Positions 39,314 through 52,100 of a DNA stretch of 64,000 nucleotides are shown here, piece after piece. A program made the position numbers and the translations under genes. The stretch covers positions 2,560,001 to 2,624,000 of the forward strand of contig OZ244720.1 of NCBI GenBank assembly GCA_965219085.1, read 5' to 3'. The number at the start of each line of letters is the position of its first letter. Within the stretch, counting starts at the first letter, position 1. The notes beneath the pieces were generated by a model. That model had not been told where the DNA came from, made no database searches, and was given only the letters and a program-made list of their open reading frames with translations. Source of the stretch: Dehalococcoidia bacterium. GTDB lineage: Bacteria; Chloroflexota; Dehalococcoidia; UBA2979.

Positions 39314-41323
39314 TCACCCCGTGGCGAGGAAGTGCGGGCGACGGCGTTCGGGTGCAGCCGGAGCCGGCAACCGCCAGGCTGCACCGAGGGGACCGTCGAA
39401 GCCAATCGACTCGACGGTGGCGCTCGCCAGCGGCGCCTCGGGCATGTCCGAGGCGGTGCGCAGGAAGGCCTCCTCCGCGTGCTCCGTCTCGAACACGAAC
39501 AACACCATGGGCGGCCGTCCCTCGTGGTCGAGCCGCGCCCGTCCGCTCGCGAAGTAGCGGCGGTACGAAGCCAGCCGCTCGGGCAGCCGCTTCGGCGTCG
39601 TCGCCCGCCGTTCGTACTCGAGCAGGTACCACGTCCACTCATCCTTGTAGCCGAGCTGGAACGAGGCGTCGGGATGGATCACGTAGCCCGTGTCGCGATG
39701 CGGGTAGGCGATCTGCGAGCGGTGCGTGGGCAGCAGGTCCAGCAACTTATGGTCGCGGGAGGAGGCGGCGTCGAGGGCGAGCAGCGAGACGAGCTCCGCC
39801 AGCCCCCGCTGGTGCTCGCCCTGCGAGGCGAGGGCGCGCAGCGCGCTCCCGATGTAGATGCAGCCGTCGCGCTGCGGCGTCCAGCGGTCGAGGACCGGTC
39901 CCACGGCCGCCCGGTCGCGCCGCGCGAGGGCGCTCAGGCCCTCGTCCGTGAGCACCAGCGCGTCCCCGTCGCTGCGCACGAGACCGCGCCTGCGCAGCGG
40001 GCGCAGCACCTGGTTCACGCGCCGCGCGCTCACCCCGCCCATGAGGTTGGCGAGTTGCTCCGTCGTGCAGAGCGGCCAAGCCGCGAGCAGGTCCAGCGCC
40101 TGTTTCCCGGCGGCCGTCAGCTGCAGCGCGAGCGCGTCCCCGAACGCATCGTCGCCGCTGGGCGGTGTCGCCCGCACGCCGCCGGCGGAGAGCCAGGCCC
40201 AGTGTCGTTTCGGCAGCACCCCGTGCACGGGGTGCTCCGCCTCGCGTCCGGCCAGGTCGACCAGCCATGCCAGGCTCGTGTCGGGGGCGATGACCGGTGT
40301 GTTCCCGCGACCGTAGCGAGCCGGTTGCCAGACGCGCGCCCACGCGCCGCCGCCGACCACGGCGCCCAGCGTCGCCACCGCGCTGTGGTGGAAGCCCGAG
40401 GGCTCCCCCAACGCGCGCACGGCGCGGCGCGTGTCCTGGTCGGAGTCGGTCGCGACCAGCGTGACGTGAGGAAGCTCCTGCACGCCCATCCGCTCGATCG
40501 TGCGGATGCGGTAGCGCAGGCTGGCGGCGCTCAGGTGCGGCCCCTGCCGCACGACGCCCAGCGTGCGGCCCCCGGAGAGCGTGACGAGCGCGTCGTACGG
40601 CCCCCGGCGGCAGTGCTCGACGCGCACGGGGTCCTGCTCGGGGTCGGCGTCTGCGATCATCGCGGCCAGCTCGTAGACGAGCGCCACGCCGTCGAGGCGC
40701 TCGGCGAGCAGCCGCAACCACTGGCGGGAGACGGGATAGCGGCGCAGCAGGTCGTCGTCGCCAAGGGCCGCGATGCCCGCCGGGGTCGGGACGTAGCGCC
40801 GCAGCGGACGGCCGCTCAGCATCGCCAGGCGGTGCGGATGCGCCTCGGTCAGGCCCAGCCTGCGCAGCTTCGCCAGTCGCTCGCGCAGCGTGGAGGCGGG
40901 CACGCGCTTGATGCGCGAGAGGTCCTCTACGCTCGCGAAGGGCGTCTCGCAGACGAGCAGGAGGGTCTCCGACAGGGCGCGCGTCAGGCGCGGCGTGCGG
41001 GGGCGCTCACGCGGTGCCGGGCGCGAATCGCCCCTGAGTGCGCGCCGCGCCGCAGCGAGCTTGCCGGGGGTGTCGCCGGCCTTGCTCATCACCGCGCGCG
41101 GCAGCGCGCGACCCGGCTGGCCGCGCTCGAGGAAACGCCACAGCGTGTGGCGCGAGACGCCGAACGCCTCAGCCGTGTGGGCGTGCCCGTGCTTCCACGC
41201 ATGGGCGCGGAGATAGCTCCTGATCTCGCCGGTCAGCTTGCTGTCGGGAGCGCCGCTTGTTGCCACTCGCTGTCCTCTTCGATGGCCGCGGAAGCGTTGC
41301 AACACGTCGGGGAAGGCGCGCAC
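39314..41323 (-). CDS. Replication-relaxation-like protein (HTH + duplicated wHTH/PD-(D/E)XK-like modules)
   Basis: N-terminal HTH (AEAFGVSRHTLWRF), two wHTH-like segments, IHPDASF..YLLEYERRATT..LASYRRY..VLFVF. Start uncertain. Confidence 0.55.
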   Translation of the reverse strand: MRAFPDVLQRFRGHRRGQRVATSGAPDSKLTGEIRSYLRAHAWKHGHAHTAEAFGVSRHTLWRFLERGQPGRALPRAVMSKAGDTPGKLAAARRALRGDSRPAPRERPRTPRLTRALSETLLLVCETPFASVEDLSRIKRVPASTLRERLAKLRRLGLTEAHPHRLAMLSGRPLRRYVPTPAGIAALGDDDLLRRYPVSRQWLRLLAERLDGVALVYELAAMIADADPEQDPVRVEHCRRGPYDALVTLSGGRTLGVVRQGPHLSAASLRYRIRTIERMGVQELPHVTLVATDSDQDTRRAVRALGEPSGFHHSAVATLGAVVGGGAWARVWQPARYGRGNTPVIAPDTSLAWLVDLAGREAEHPVHGVLPKRHWAWLSAGGVRATPPSGDDAFGDALALQLTAAGKQALDLLAAWPLCTTEQLANLMGGVSARRVNQVLRPLRRRGLVRSDGDALVLTDEGLSALARRDRAAVGPVLDRWTPQRDGCIYIGSALRALASQGEHQRGLAELVSLLALDAASSRDHKLLDLLPTHRSQIAYPHRDTGYVIHPDASFQLGYKDEWTWYLLEYERRATTPKRLPERLASYRRYFASGRARLDHEGRPPMVLFVFETEHAEEAFLRTASDMPEAPLASATVESIGFDGPLGAAWRLPAPAAPERRRPHFLATG

Positions 41324-41404
41324 GTGTTGATCCGTGGCGGGCGCGTCGGTCGCGGCGCGCAGTCCTCGTCCAGCTTGCGATCAGGACGTACGTTCGTCAA
41401 CGCA

Positions 41405-41531
41405 CCACGACGGCGAGTTCGTGCCGCTGATCCCGGGCGCGCCCAAGTTCGTGAACCGGCCCTTCCACGAGCTGTTCCCGCACGGCGTTCCGCCCCTCAC
41501 GCCGCTGGTCGCCGCAAGCGACGGGCGGTAG
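41405..41531 (+). pseudogene. Remnant of a surface-protein C-terminal domain
   Basis: HDGEFVPLIPGAPKFVNRPFHELFPHGVPPLTPLVAASDG matches the last repeat of the giant protein (HDGEFVSYILGAPAFVNREFRELFADGLPAVTPLVAKSEG). Confidence 0.7.
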
Positions 41532-41930
41532 GCCCCCTCGGAGCGCGACACCGCTGCCACTGCGCGCGGCCGAGTTCGCTCCGCCTTCCGCGCAGAACGC
41601 TCTTGCCCGGCAAGCGGCGTGACGGCTGCACTCCGCAGCGCGCCACCGCGTCGCTGGTTCTCAGGCAGTCGCTCATTGCCTGAGAAGAGGCCACACGGCC
41701 CTCAATCCATGACATTCACGCTATGTTCACAGAGTAGCATCGCAAGTTCACGTCCCGTGCACTGACACCAAGCCAACGAGCAGGAAGAATTGCCCCGTTG
41801 AACCTGGGAGAGCGCAACACGCGCGCGAGGGGGCACTGGTGCGTCGGACGGTCGCGAAGTCGAACGGGAACGCGCGGCAGGCAAGCGCAACGGCGCTGCC
41901 TGCGCGCATCGCGCTACTAGAACAAACGTA

Positions 41931-41943
41931 CCCCCCCCCCCCC
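41931..41943. repeat. C13 homopolymer upstream of the surface-protein operon
   Basis: 13 consecutive C, 250 bp upstream of 42193. Confidence 0.8.
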
Positions 41944-42192
41944 ATTTTTCCGTCGGCGGCCCGTAGCCGGGCCTCGCTCGTTCGCTTCAACCGCCTCCGC
42001 CGCAGCGCCGCACGCCCGGAGCACACGCCCGTCCGCCGTCTCTCATCCGAACCGTCGCCGCCCCCGGCGCTCCAGTAGGGGCGCGCCCGTGCGTACCACG
42101 CCTCGTCTGCCGGCGTAGGCGCACGCCGCCGCCCCCGTTGGACGGAGGCTTGACGACGGGGCCATGCGCAACACGCACCAGGAGGAGCAACG

Positions 42193-43194
42193 GTGGCCCA
42201 CACAGCCAGACCCAGGCTCGCCATCCTCTTCGTCGCCCTGGCCGCGCTGCTCGCGCTGTCCCTCACCGGCGCGCCGGCCCAGGTCCAGGAGGGCTCCGCC
42301 CCCGAACGGCCCACGGGCCTGGCCCTCTCGGACGTCAGGCACGACTCGGTGACCCTGACCTGGGACGACCCCGGTGACCCCAGCATCACCCACCACCAGA
42401 TCTTCCGGCGGGACCTCGCCGTCCACGCCGTCGGCGAGTTCGTCGCCATCGAGGAAGACACCGGCTCGGCGGCCACCAGCTACACCGACGCAACGGTGCA
42501 GCCGGAGCAGGGCTACGTCTACCGGGTCAAGGCGGTGAACCGGCACGGGGCCAGCCAGTGGTCGCGGTACGCGGGCGCCGACACCCCGGCGGCGTCCAGC
42601 CCGGAGCTTGGGCCCGAACCGACGCCGCAAGGCTCCCCCACGCCCACCCCTACGGCAAAGCCGGTGGTCCTGCCGCTCAAGGACCTGCCCACGACATTCG
42701 CCAAGCGCTCAACGACAGGCGGACGGGGAGACGCAAGCTCGGCGCAGGGAGCGGTCTACACCTACGAGGACGGCGACCGGACCATCAGAGTCGTCTTGCA
42801 GACCGATCTCGTCGTCCGGCAGACCGGCGCCGACACGTCCACCAACGTTGTGGTGCGCCGCGTGGCCGGGGGCAGCATCGTCCGCAGTCACTTCGCATAC
42901 GGCGCCGCTGCCCAGCCGGTGTTCCGCTCTGCGTCGGGAGGTCAGCTGATGACGCTGCCCGGCGGCGTGCTGCTCGCCCTGGACCCGGAGTGGGACCGGG
43001 ACAGGGTCCAGCGCTTCTTCTCGGAGAACAGCATCTCCAAGGCACGAATATCCGAGCGGAACTTCATACCGAACGGCTTCTTCGTGGAGACCGAGCCGGG
43101 TTTTCCGTCACTTGATCTGGCCAACGCGTTGGCGGCGCAGGAGGGCGTCGTGTTTGCCAGCCCCAACTGGTGGCAGGAAGCCTCGACGCAATGA
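42193..43194 (+). CDS. Secreted fibronectin type III domain protein
   Basis: GGAGGAG RBS, signal peptide (LAILFVALAALLALSL..APA), FN3 (VTLTWDDP..YVYRVKAVN), PT linker, C-terminal domain; TGA overlaps the ATG of the giant gene. Confidence 0.85.
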   Translation: MAHTARPRLAILFVALAALLALSLTGAPAQVQEGSAPERPTGLALSDVRHDSVTLTWDDPGDPSITHHQIFRRDLAVHAVGEFVAIEEDTGSAATSYTDATVQPEQGYVYRVKAVNRHGASQWSRYAGADTPAASSPELGPEPTPQGSPTPTPTAKPVVLPLKDLPTTFAKRSTTGGRGDASSAQGAVYTYEDGDRTIRVVLQTDLVVRQTGADTSTNVVVRRVAGGSIVRSHFAYGAAAQPVFRSASGGQLMTLPGGVLLALDPEWDRDRVQRFFSENSISKARISERNFIPNGFFVETEPGFPSLDLANALAAQEGVVFASPNWWQEASTQ

Positions 43195-46100
43195 GACGCC
43201 CACGCCCACCAGCGCATGGCGGCCGCCGCGCATTTCTGCTTGCGCGTCTTGGCCGCAACATTCATGCGTTGTTGCTGCGAAACGCGTGGATGCTGCTTGC
43301 GGCGCTCCTGGTGTCCCCGTTGCTCGTCCTGCACGCCACCGGCGTCGCAGGACAGACCATAGAGACTCGCGACGGAGACACTTTCGCCACCGCGACCGAT
43401 ATATCGCTTGGGGCATCAGTGGAAGGAGAAATCGACTCAGCCGACGATCCCGACTACTTCAAGCTGGACCTGTCGGGCCAATCCGGAACCACCGACGTGG
43501 TCATATCCACGACCGGCAGCACCGACACCACTGGAAAACTGTATGGCAGCGACGAAATGCTCATCATGGAAGACGACAACAGCGGAACCGATACTAACTT
43601 TCACATGGAGGAGACTCTCTCGCCGGGCGTTTACTACGTGCTGGTTGAGGGCTCTGGAAGTGCAACCGGATCCTACACACTGTACGCCAAACCGGTCCTT
43701 TCCCCGGGATCCTCGGTGGAGATGAGCATCGACTCCATCGGCGAGGTTGACCACCATATTTTGGACTTGACGGGCGAAACCGGCACCACCGACGTATCGC
43801 TCTTTGCGGTCAGCGACAACCTGCGGCTTGTTCGATCTAATGGATCTAAGCCTGATCGACTTACGAATACAGACGCTTTGGGTCAACGAAGGGTGCTTCA
43901 TCATTGGTACTATACCGACGTTGACGGCGGCACGGCTTACGCTTTTGATGTTAAGAGCGACGATGTTGAGGAGGAGAGTTGGCGCACTGGAGACTATAGG
44001 GTGCACTTCGCGACCGTGCCTAGTGGCGCCGGCTCATTTTTTGATCCCACGACTCTGAGCCTCGATGTCCCAACGTCCGGCAAGCTGCGCTCCCTCGATC
44101 ACTACTTCGGGCTGACGCTCGACGAGCCCAAAGACCTGGTCATCATGACCTTTTTGAGTGCTCGGGCAGTCATCCTTGACTCCGATGGTAACGAGATATC
44201 AGTAAACGACACATACGATCATTCCTCAGAGTATCTATACAGCACGATAAGCGACGACTTCGCCGCCGGCAATTACTTCGTCAAGATAAGCGCTCCTGAT
44301 GCAAACAGTTTCAACCCCGTTTACTACGCGCTCTATGCCTACGAGGACACCGGCTACGGGGAATGGTCCGACGCCTGCGACGTTGCAACAGGGGCACTGA
44401 CTTTCCAGGTCAGCGACCCCCTGTATGCCTGCCAGTGGCACCTAAACAGCGCCGACAGCGCGGGCATGGACATCGACGTCGAATCGGTCTGGGCGAGCGT
44501 CACGGGCGCGGGCGTGAACGTCGCCGTGGTAGACGAAACGATCGATTACAGCCATGAGGACCTCGCCGCCAACGTCGACAGCACGCTCAGTTATGATTAC
44601 GGGCCGCTCAGCAGCGCCTACCGTTCCATCGACCACCACGGCACGTACGTCGCGGGCGTGATCGCAGCCAGGGACAACGCCATCGGCGTACGCGGGGTGG
44701 CCCCCAGGGCCACCATCTACGGGTATAACCTCCTTGGCGATGGCGAAACTCTCTTTTCGCATGATAGGGCGGTAGACGCCATGTCCCGCAACCAGGACGT
44801 AACCGGGGTCTCCAACAACAGTTGGGGTTTAAGCGGAGATAGCGCCGGTTTCGTCATGGCGCCCACTCAGTGGTGGACGGTGCTGGACGGCGGCGTCACG
44901 CAAGGCTACGGGGGCAAGGGGGTCTTCTATGTCTTCGCCGCCGGCAACGGACACCCGTATGGAGCAAATTCCAACCTTGATGAGATGATCAACCATTACG
45001 GCGTCACCGCCGTGTGCGCGGTGGGTGCAGAAGACACCAGGGCTTCATACTCGGAGCAGGGCGTCAACCTGTGGGTCTGCGCCCCGTCGCAGGGAGGCTA
45101 TGAAGGCGATGCCGCCGCCGACCGGGCCATCGTCACCACGGAGAATTCCGACCGCTACACCAATGCCTTCGTTGGGACCTCCGCGGCGACCCCGATAGTC
45201 TCAGGCGTGGCCGCGCTGCTGCGCCAGGTCAACCCGGCGTTGACGTGGCGGGACCTGAAGCTGATCCTGGCCGCCTCGGCGCGCAAGAACGACCCCGGCA
45301 ACGCCGGCTGGACGGATGGCACCCGCAAGTACGGCTCGTCCAACGCGTCGGACACATATCACTTCAACCGGGAATACGGGTTCGGCATGGTTGACGCCGG
45401 CGCCGCAGTGGCCCTGGCGCGGAGCTGGAGCTTGCTCCCGCCGTTTCTGGATGATTCAGAGCAATCGAGCCCGCTCAACGCCGCGATCCCCGATAACAAC
45501 ACCAGTGGTATCACTAGCTCCCTCACCCTGGATACGGATATCGAGTTCACCGAGTTCGTCGAGGTGGAAGTCACAATCGACCACAGCTACTGGCGTGATT
45601 TGCAGATAGAGCTGGAGTCTCCGGATGGGGCCGTTTCCACATTGGCCGTAGCAGCACAGGTGAGTCCATCTGCCTCGCCGGGCACGTTCCGATTCGGCTC
45701 GGCAAAGCACCTTGGCGAGGACCCGAACGGTGCGTGGAAGCTTCGCGTCTCCGACCAGGTAGCCGTGGACAGCGGCACGTTGGAGAGCTGGAGCATCAAG
45801 GTCTATGGCCACGGCTCCACGATACGCGCGGCCAGCACCGGGCCGACGACGGCCACGGCCACGGTGTGGCAGCACAACCCTGACTCGGCGAGCCGGACGG
45901 TCCACCTGCGCCACAGTGACAACGATGGGGCTACCTGGTCCACGCCCGCGGTCCAGACGACCACGGGAGCGTCGGTGGAGTTCAGCGTGACAGGTCTTGC
46001 GCCCAATGCCGAGTACAAGCTGCAGGCGTCCTTGGACGGCGCCTTCGCGGACAAGGTCCAGGCCGACTTCGTCAACCGGCCGGCGCGCCAAGACATCGGC

Positions 46101-49100
46101 ACCGCGTCCCCGAGCCGCAATCTCAAGGGCCTCTGGTCGGACGGCACGACCATGTGGGTGGCGGATCGGACCAACTTCCGTATCTACGCGTACACGCTGG
46201 CCACGGGGGCGCGGGACGCCGACAAGGACATCAGCAACCTGGCGGGGGCCGGGAACACACACCCCGAAGGCATCTGGTCGAACGGCACGACCATGTGGGT
46301 GTCGGACTTTTTCGACGAGAAACTCTACGCGTACGCGCTGGATGGCGGGGCACGGGACGCCGACAAGGAGTTCAACTTGGCGGCTGCGAACACCAGCCAC
46401 TGGGGCCTCTGGTCGGATGGCGCGACCATCTGGGTGGCGGACTCGGGAGACGAGAAACTCTACGCGTACGCGCTGGATGGCGGGGCACGGGAAGCCGACA
46501 AGGACATCAACACCCTGGCGGCCGGGAACGCCTACCCCTGGGGCCTCTGGTCGGACAGCACGACCATGTGGGTGTCGGACTTGTCCAACGGCCGGGTGTA
46601 CGCGTACACGCTGGCCACAGGCGCGGACGAGGGCCGGAAATTCAACACCCTGGCGGCCGGGAACGGCAACCCCTTCGGCATCTGGTCGGATGGCAAGACC
46701 ATGTGGGTGGCGGACTCGCAGGGCAAGCTCTACGCCTACTACGTGCCCGCCAACACAAATCTGAGCGCTCTGAGCGTGAATGGCACGCCCGTGGCCGACT
46801 TCCGCCCGGGCTTCACCACGTACCAGTTGGCCGTGGCCAACTTGGTGACTCAGGCGACGGTGTCGGGCGACGCCGCCGACGGCGATGCCACGGTGGCCTA
46901 CGGCGGCGCCGCCAACGCCACTGGCCAGGTGGACCTGGTCGAGGGCCGCAACGTCGTGACGGTGACCGTGACCGCCGAGGACGCCGCCATCACGAAGGAC
47001 TACACCGTCAGCATCAACCGGGCATCGGCCGCCCCCTACGGCTGGAGAGCCGACAAGGACCTCGACACCCTGGCGGCGGCCGGGAACACCTTCCCCTTCG
47101 ACATCTGGTCGGACAGCACGACCGCGTGGGTAGTGGACTGGCAGGACCAGAAGCTCTACGCCTACACGCTGGCCACGGGGGCGCGGAACGCGGTCAAGGA
47201 ATTCGACCTGAAGTCCGGAAACACCTCTCCGACCGGCATCTGGTCGGACGGCGCGACCATCTGGGTGGGGGACTCGCAAGACGACATGTTCTACGCATAC
47301 ATGCTCGACACCGGGGCGCGGGTCTCAAATAAGGACCTTGACCCGTCCCTGGTCGCGGTCGGTGATCTTTGGTCGGACGGCACGACCATGTGGATGGCGG
47401 ACTTTGGCAACCGGAAGCTCTACGCCTACACGGTAGTCACTGGCAGACGTAACCCAGATAAAGACATCGACCTTACGACCACGAACGTTTACGGCCATGG
47501 TCTTTGGTCGGACGGCACGACCATGTGGGTGGCGGACCTGCAAGGGAAGCTCTACGCCTACGCGCTGGACGGCGGGGCACGGAAAGCCGGCCAGGACTTC
47601 GACACCCTGGCGGCGGCCGGGAACATCTCGTCGAGGGGCATCTGGTCGGACGGCGAGACCATGTGGGTGGCAGACTCGCACGACGCCAAGATCTACGCCT
47701 ACAACATGCCGCCTCCCAACAGCCCGCCGGAGTTCAGCGACGGGGCGAGCACGACGCGGAGCGTGGCGGAGAACACGGCCCCGGGCGAGAACGTGGGGTC
47801 TGCGGTGGCCGCCACCGACGTCGACGGTGACACGCTGACCTACACCTTGGAGGGGACGGATGCGGCGTCCTTCGACATCGTAACGACCAGCGGGCAGATT
47901 CTGACCAGCGCGGCCCTGAACTACGAGCAGAAGACGTCATATTCGGTGACGGTGAGCGTCGCCGACGGCGAGGGCGGCACGGACACCATCGGGGTGACCA
48001 TCAACGTCACCGACGTGAACGAGAAGCCGGCGACGCCCGGCCCGCCCACGGTGACGGCGACCGCGAACATCACCACGAGCCTAGACGTGAGTTGGACGGC
48101 GCCGGGGCTCAACGGCGGGCCGGCGCTGACGGGCTACGAGGTGCGCTACCGGATCAGCGGCAGCTGGATCGACTGGACGCACAGCGGCACGGGCACGAGC
48201 GCGACGATCACGGGGCTCACGGCGAGCACCACCTACGACGTGCAGGTGCGGGCGCTCAACGGCGAGACGCCCAGCGCCTGGTCTTCTACGGGCACAGGCA
48301 GCACCGGGACCCCGGCGAACAACGCGCCGGAGTTCAGCGACGGGGCGAGCACGACGCGGAGTGTGGCGGAGAACACCGCTTCCGGCGCCAACGTGGGGTC
48401 TGCGGTGACGGCCACGGACGCCGACGGCGACACCCTGACCTACACGCTGGACGGCACCGACGCGGCGTCCTTCGACATCACCTCGACCAGCGGGCAGATT
48501 CTGACCAGCGCGGCCCTGAACTACGAGCAGAAGACGTCATATTCGGTGACGGTGAGCGTCGCCGACGGCGAGGGCGGCACGGACACCATCGGGGTGACCA
48601 TCAGCGTCACCGACGTGAACGAGAAGCCGACGACGCCCGGCGCGCCGACGGTGACGGCGACCTCGAACACGACCGACAGCCTGGACGTGAGCTGGACGGC
48701 GCCGGGGCTCAACGGCGGGCCGGCGCTGACGGGCTACGAGGTGCGCTACCGGATCAGCGGCAGCTGGATCGACTGGACGCACAGCGGCACGGGCACGAGC
48801 GCGACGATCACGGGGCTCACGGCGAGCACCACCTACGACGTGCAGGTGCGGGCGCTCAACGGCGAGACGCCCAGCGACTGGTCTTCCACGGGCGCCGGCA
48901 GCACCGGGACCCCGGCGAACAACGCGCCGGAGTTCAGCGACGGGACGAGCACGGCGCGGAGCGTGGCGGAGAACACCGCTTCCGGCGCCAACGTGGGGTC
49001 TGCGGTGACGGCCACGGACGCCGACGGCGACACCCTGACCTACACCCTGGGGGGCACCGACGCGGCCTCCTTCTCGATAGTGGGGGCCAGCGGGCAGATA

Positions 49101-52100
49101 CAGACCAGCGCGGCCCTGGACCACGAGACGAAGTCCAGCTACTCGGTGACGGTGAGCGTCGCCGACGGCGAGGGCGGCACGGACACCATCGGGGTGACCA
49201 TCAGCATCACGGACGTGGACGAACCGCCGTCGGCGCCGGCGGCGCCGGCGATCAGCGGCGTGTCGGGCTTCAACGACCGGCTGCTGGTGAGCTGGACGGC
49301 GCCGTCGGACACGGACCGGCCGGCGGTCACGGACTACGACGTGCAGTACCGCGAGAGCGGCGTCGGCGCCTGGAGCGACTGGAGTCACACGGGCACGGCC
49401 ACGACGACGACGATCACGGGGCTCGATGCGGGTGCGACGTACCAGGTGCAGGTGCGGGCCGAGAACGATGAGGGCGAGGGCGCGTGGTCGGCCTCGGGCA
49501 CGCAGGCGACCAACGCGCCGCCCGCGTTCGCCGGGTCGACGACAACGCGGGCCGTGGAGGAGAACACGGCGGCGGGGATGGGCGTGGGCGCGGTCGTGAC
49601 GGCCACCGACGCGGACAACGACACCCTGACCTACTCGCTGGAGGGGACCGACGCGAGCAGCTTCGTGATCGTCGCGAACAGCGGGGGGATCCAGACCAAG
49701 TCGAACGTGACCTACGACCACGAGGCCAAGTCGACCTACTCGGTGACGGTCCGGGCCAAGGACGGGCAGGGCGGCGACGCCACGATCAGCGTGACGATCA
49801 CGATCACGGACGTCGACGAGCCGCCCTCGGCGCCGGCGGCGCCGGGGGTCGCGTTCACCTCGGGCACGACCGACGGCCTGGACGTGAGCTGGGACGCGCC
49901 GGTCGACACGGGCAAGCCGCCTCTCACGAGCTTCGAGGTGCAGTACCGCAAGACCAGCGCCAGCACCTGGGCCACTTGGCTTTTCGTCGGCCCGGGCGCG
50001 ACGGCGAAGATCAAGGGCCTGGATGCCGGTACGGAGTACGAGGTCCAGGTGCGGGCCAACAACGACGAAGGCATGAGCGCCTGGTCGGCCTCGGGCATGG
50101 CGGAGACGGACGCCGCCCCGGCCTTCGCGTCGGGCGACTGCCAGTACAACAGCTGCACGGTCACGTTCGGCGAGAGCCTCGACAGCACGTCGGGCAACAC
50201 GCCGCCGGTGGGCGCCTTCACGCTCACGGCCGGTGGCGCCAGCCTGACGATCGGCGGCGTCAGCGTCAGCGGCACGACCGTGACGCTGTCGTCCGTGTCC
50301 CCCTTCATCAGGCAGGGCCAAGCGATCACGCTGGCCTACGCCGACCCCAGCACCAACAACGACACCGCGGCTCTGCAGGACGCCCTGGGCAACGATGTCG
50401 CCTCGTTCAGCGAGACGCTGACCAACAGCTCCCCCTACGACTTCCCCTCGGAGCCGACGCAGCTGAGTGCGCTCCAGAACGGCCGCAACCAGATCGACGT
50501 CGAGTGGACGGCGCCGACCGACAACGGCGGCGATGCGAACTTCAGCTACCGGTTGGAGGTGTCGACCGACGCTGGCGCGAATTGGACCACGCAGGTCGCC
50601 AGTCAGACCGCCACCACGTACAACCACACGGGCCTGATGGCGGGCGACACGCGGCACTACCGGGTCTTCACGGTCAACATCATCGGCGACAGCCGGGCCT
50701 CCAGCACGGCCAGCGCCACCACCAACCGTCCGCCGACGGGCGCGCTGGTGATCGACGGCACGGCCCAGGTGGCCGAGAAGCTGACGGCGAACACGTCCAA
50801 CATCTCCGACGCCGACGGCCTGCCCGCGGACGATCAATTCAACTTCCAGTGGCTCCGGGTCGCCGGCGGCAACGAGTTCAGCATCCCCGGGGCCACGCAG
50901 TCCAGCTACCGGCCGGTCCCGGCCGACCTGGGCCAGACGCTGCGGGTGCGGCTCGACTACGACGACAACGCCGAGTTCGCCGAGACGCTGACCAGCGCGG
51001 CGACGGCGGCGGTGCAAGAGTCCCCCTACGGGGAGATCGTCTGGGCCGCCACGCTCACGGCGGGGCAGGCGGGCACGACCCTCGGCTTCAACAGCACCGG
51101 CCCGGTCGGCTCCTTGGAGGCGAAAACGTTCGCGCCCGGCGCCATCACGGTGAGCCAGCTCACCTACGACGGCGGCGCGGGGACGTTCGCCGTCACGGGC
51201 TTGGGTTCGGGCGACTACATCCTCTATCTCGGCAGCGGGCCGCAAGGCGCGCACGCGCTGATCGTGGATCCGGCGTCGGACGCCGACGACGTCTTCGACT
51301 TCTCCAGCACCGGGCTGAGCTGGAGCGCCGGTCAAGCGGTGGAAGTGCGGCTGACGCTGAACCGCGAGCCCGTGGGCGTGCCCTTGATCAGCGGCGCGGC
51401 CGTCGAGGGGACAACCCTGACGGCCGGGATCGAGAACGTCACGGACGCCGACGGCCTGCCCGCCTCCGATCAGTTCCGCTACCAGTGGATCGTGACCGAC
51501 GGGGGGACCGAGTCCGAGATCACGGGGGCGACCGGCACGACCTATACGCCGGAGCTGACCGACCTCGGCAAGACCTACACGGTGCGGGTCGACTACACCG
51601 ACAACGCCAACTTCCCCGAGTCGCTGACCAGCGCGCCCACGGATCCGATCGAGGTACGCGGGCAGGTCATCTGGTCGGCGGAGCTGACCGTCGAGGGCTG
51701 GGGCGAGCCAAGCCTCAGATCTTTCGGTTTCGATGCATCATCCGCGACCGTCCGTGGGGCGCTGCAGCCGGACACGATCATCCACAACGGCGCCTACGAG
51801 GTCGAATCGCTGCTCTACTCCGGCCATCAGAGCTTCGGGACCGGCCCCGTGCTGAACAAGACGATGCTGTTCTCGACGACCACCGAGCTGCCGGCGGGCG
51901 ACTATGCCCTCTGGGTGGTGGATGACGACGGCGACGCCGATCTGGGCGATCTTCCGTTCATCTTCCCGGCAGCCGATGCGGATGGATTCTTGCAGAATCC
52001 CGTCGTGCTGACCTGGGCAGACGATGACACGGTGGACGTGCGGCTCACGGTCAACCGCCTGCCCGGCGGCGCGCTCACGATCAGCGGCCAGGCCAAGGTG

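Noticed and set aside
41405-41531. Orphan copy of the giant protein's C-terminus as a DGR template repeat
   Set aside because: No reverse transcriptase in the window, and the differences are not adenine-specific.
38942-41683. 913-aa plus-strand ORF
   Set aside because: Antisense shadow of the relaxase-like gene in very GC-rich DNA; no motifs.
46130-47700. Regularly spaced tggtcggacggc repeats resembling a CRISPR array
   Set aside because: They are in-frame coding WSDG propeller repeats, degenerate, and there are no cas genes.
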